From: Mobula hypostoma
Lineage: Eukaryota
NCBI RefSeq assembly: GCF_963921235.1
Contig: NC_086108.1
Coordinates: 101,558,001-101,622,000, forward strand
Direction: 5' to 3'
DNA: 64,000 nt
This document shows, one piece after another, positions 62,507 through 64,000 of this stretch; positions within the stretch are counted from its first letter, which is position 1, and every line of letters begins with the position of its first letter. The notes under the pieces are model-generated. The model had not been told where the DNA came from. It saw only the letters and a list, made by a program, of their open reading frames with translations, and did no database searches. The translations under genes were made by a program, and so were the position numbers.

Positions 62507-64000
62507 CATAGAACATAGAAAATAGAACATAGAATAGTACAGCACAGTACAAGCCCTTTGGCCCACAATGTTGTGCTGAACCTTAAACCCTGCCTCACAT
62601 ATAACCCCCCCAACTTAAATTCCTCCATATACCTGTCTAGTAGTCTCTTAAATTTCACTAGTGTATCTGCCTCCACCACTGACGCAGGCAGTGCATTCCA
62701 CGCACCAACCACTCTCTGAGTAAAAAACCTTCCTCTAATATCCCCCTTGAACTTCCCACCACTTACCTTAAAGCCATGTCCTCTTGTATTGAGCAGTGGT
62801 GCCCTGGGGAAGAGACGCTGGCTGTCCACTCTATCTATTCCTCTTAATATCTTGTATACCTCTATCATGTCTCCTCTCATCCTCCTCTCCAAAGAGTAAA
62901 GCCCTAGCTCCCTTAATCTCTGATTATAACGCATACTCTGTAAACCAGGCAGCATCCTGTTAATCTCCTCTGTATCCTTTCCAATGCTTCCATATTCTTC
63001 CTCTAGTGAGGCGACCAGAACTGGACACAGTACTCCAAAAGTGGCCTAACCAGAGTTTTATAGAGCTGCATCATTTCCTCGCAACTCTTAAACTCTATCC
63101 CTATTTCTAACACCCCATAAACTTTCTTAACTACCCAAGTTACCTGTGAGACAACTTTCAGGGATATGTGGACATGTACCCCGAGATCCCTGTGCTCCTC
63201 CACCCTACCAAGTATCCTGCCATTTACTTTGTACTTTGCCTTGGAGTTTGTCCTTCCAAAGTGTACCACCTCACACTTCTCCGGGTTGAACTCCATCTGC
63301 CACTTCTCAGCCCACTTCTGCATCCTATCAATGTCTCTCTGCAATCTTCGACAATCCTCTACACTATTCACAACACACCAGCCTTTGTGTCGTCTGGAAA
63401 CTTGCCAACCCACCCTTCTACCCCAACATCCAGGTCGTTAATAAAAATCACAAAAAGTAGAGTTCCCAGAACAGATCCTTGTGGGACACCACTAGTCACA
63501 ATCCTCCAATCCGAATGTACTCCCTCCATCACGACCCTCTGTCTTCTGCAGGCAAGCCAATTCTGAATCCACCTGACCAAAGTTCTCTGGATCCCATGCC
63601 TTCTGACTTTCTGAATAAGCCTACCGTGTGGAACCTTGTCAATTGCCTTAATAAATCCATATAGATCACATCCGCTGCACTACCCTCATCTTCATGCCTG
63701 GTCATCTCCTAAAAGAACTCTATCAGGCTTGTTAGACACGATCTGCCCTTCACAAAGCCATGCTGACTGTCCCTGATCAGACCATGTTTCTCTAAATGCC
63801 TATAGATCCTACTTTTAAGAGTCTTTTCCAACAGCTTTCCCACCACAGACGTAAGGCTCACTGGTCTATAATTACCCGGACTATCCCTACTACCTTTTTT
63901 GAACAAGGGGACAACATTCGCCTCCCTCTAATCCTCCGCTACCATTCCCATGGACAACAAGGACTTAAAGATCCTAACCAGAGGCTCAACAATCCCTTCC
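62507..64000 (-). mobile_element. CR1 (family F) 3' part, continues beyond the right edge
   Basis: RT ORFs 62506-62955, 63003-63413, 63368-63580, 63709-63906; GTTCTAT tail. Confidence 0.92.

Overview
Vertebrate genomic DNA, probably a cartilaginous fish such as a ray (inferred from V-SINE/HE1-like SINEs and the CR1/Rex1/Penelope repeat mix). The one host gene I can support is a CLCA (calcium-activated chloride channel regulator) family gene on the minus strand. Eleven coding exons were read by hand (42618 down to 4674, 1942 nt, 647 codons, all GT-AG, phases consistent, no stops), and the 3' exons lie beyond the left edge. Most of the rest is nested transposable elements: CR1 LINEs (one apparently intact and young), Rex1/Babar and RTE fragments, a decayed Gypsy LTR element, solo-LTR-like inserts with 5-bp TSDs, a hAT transposase remnant and Penelope-derived repeats. 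Main observations: (1) five CR1 copies keep a U_UUA_AAC slippery heptamer at the end of ORF1, and in the two best-preserved copies an ORF2 lacking a usable AUG opens in the -1 frame, suggesting programmed -1 frameshifting in a LINE; (2) the CLCA zinc-protease motif reads HEWAR rather than HEXXH while the vWA MIDAS is intact; (3) a closely similar 5'UTR-ORF1 module sits on different ORF2 types; (4) degenerate minimal hammerhead ribozyme motifs. Repeat boundaries are approximate unless a TSD is given.
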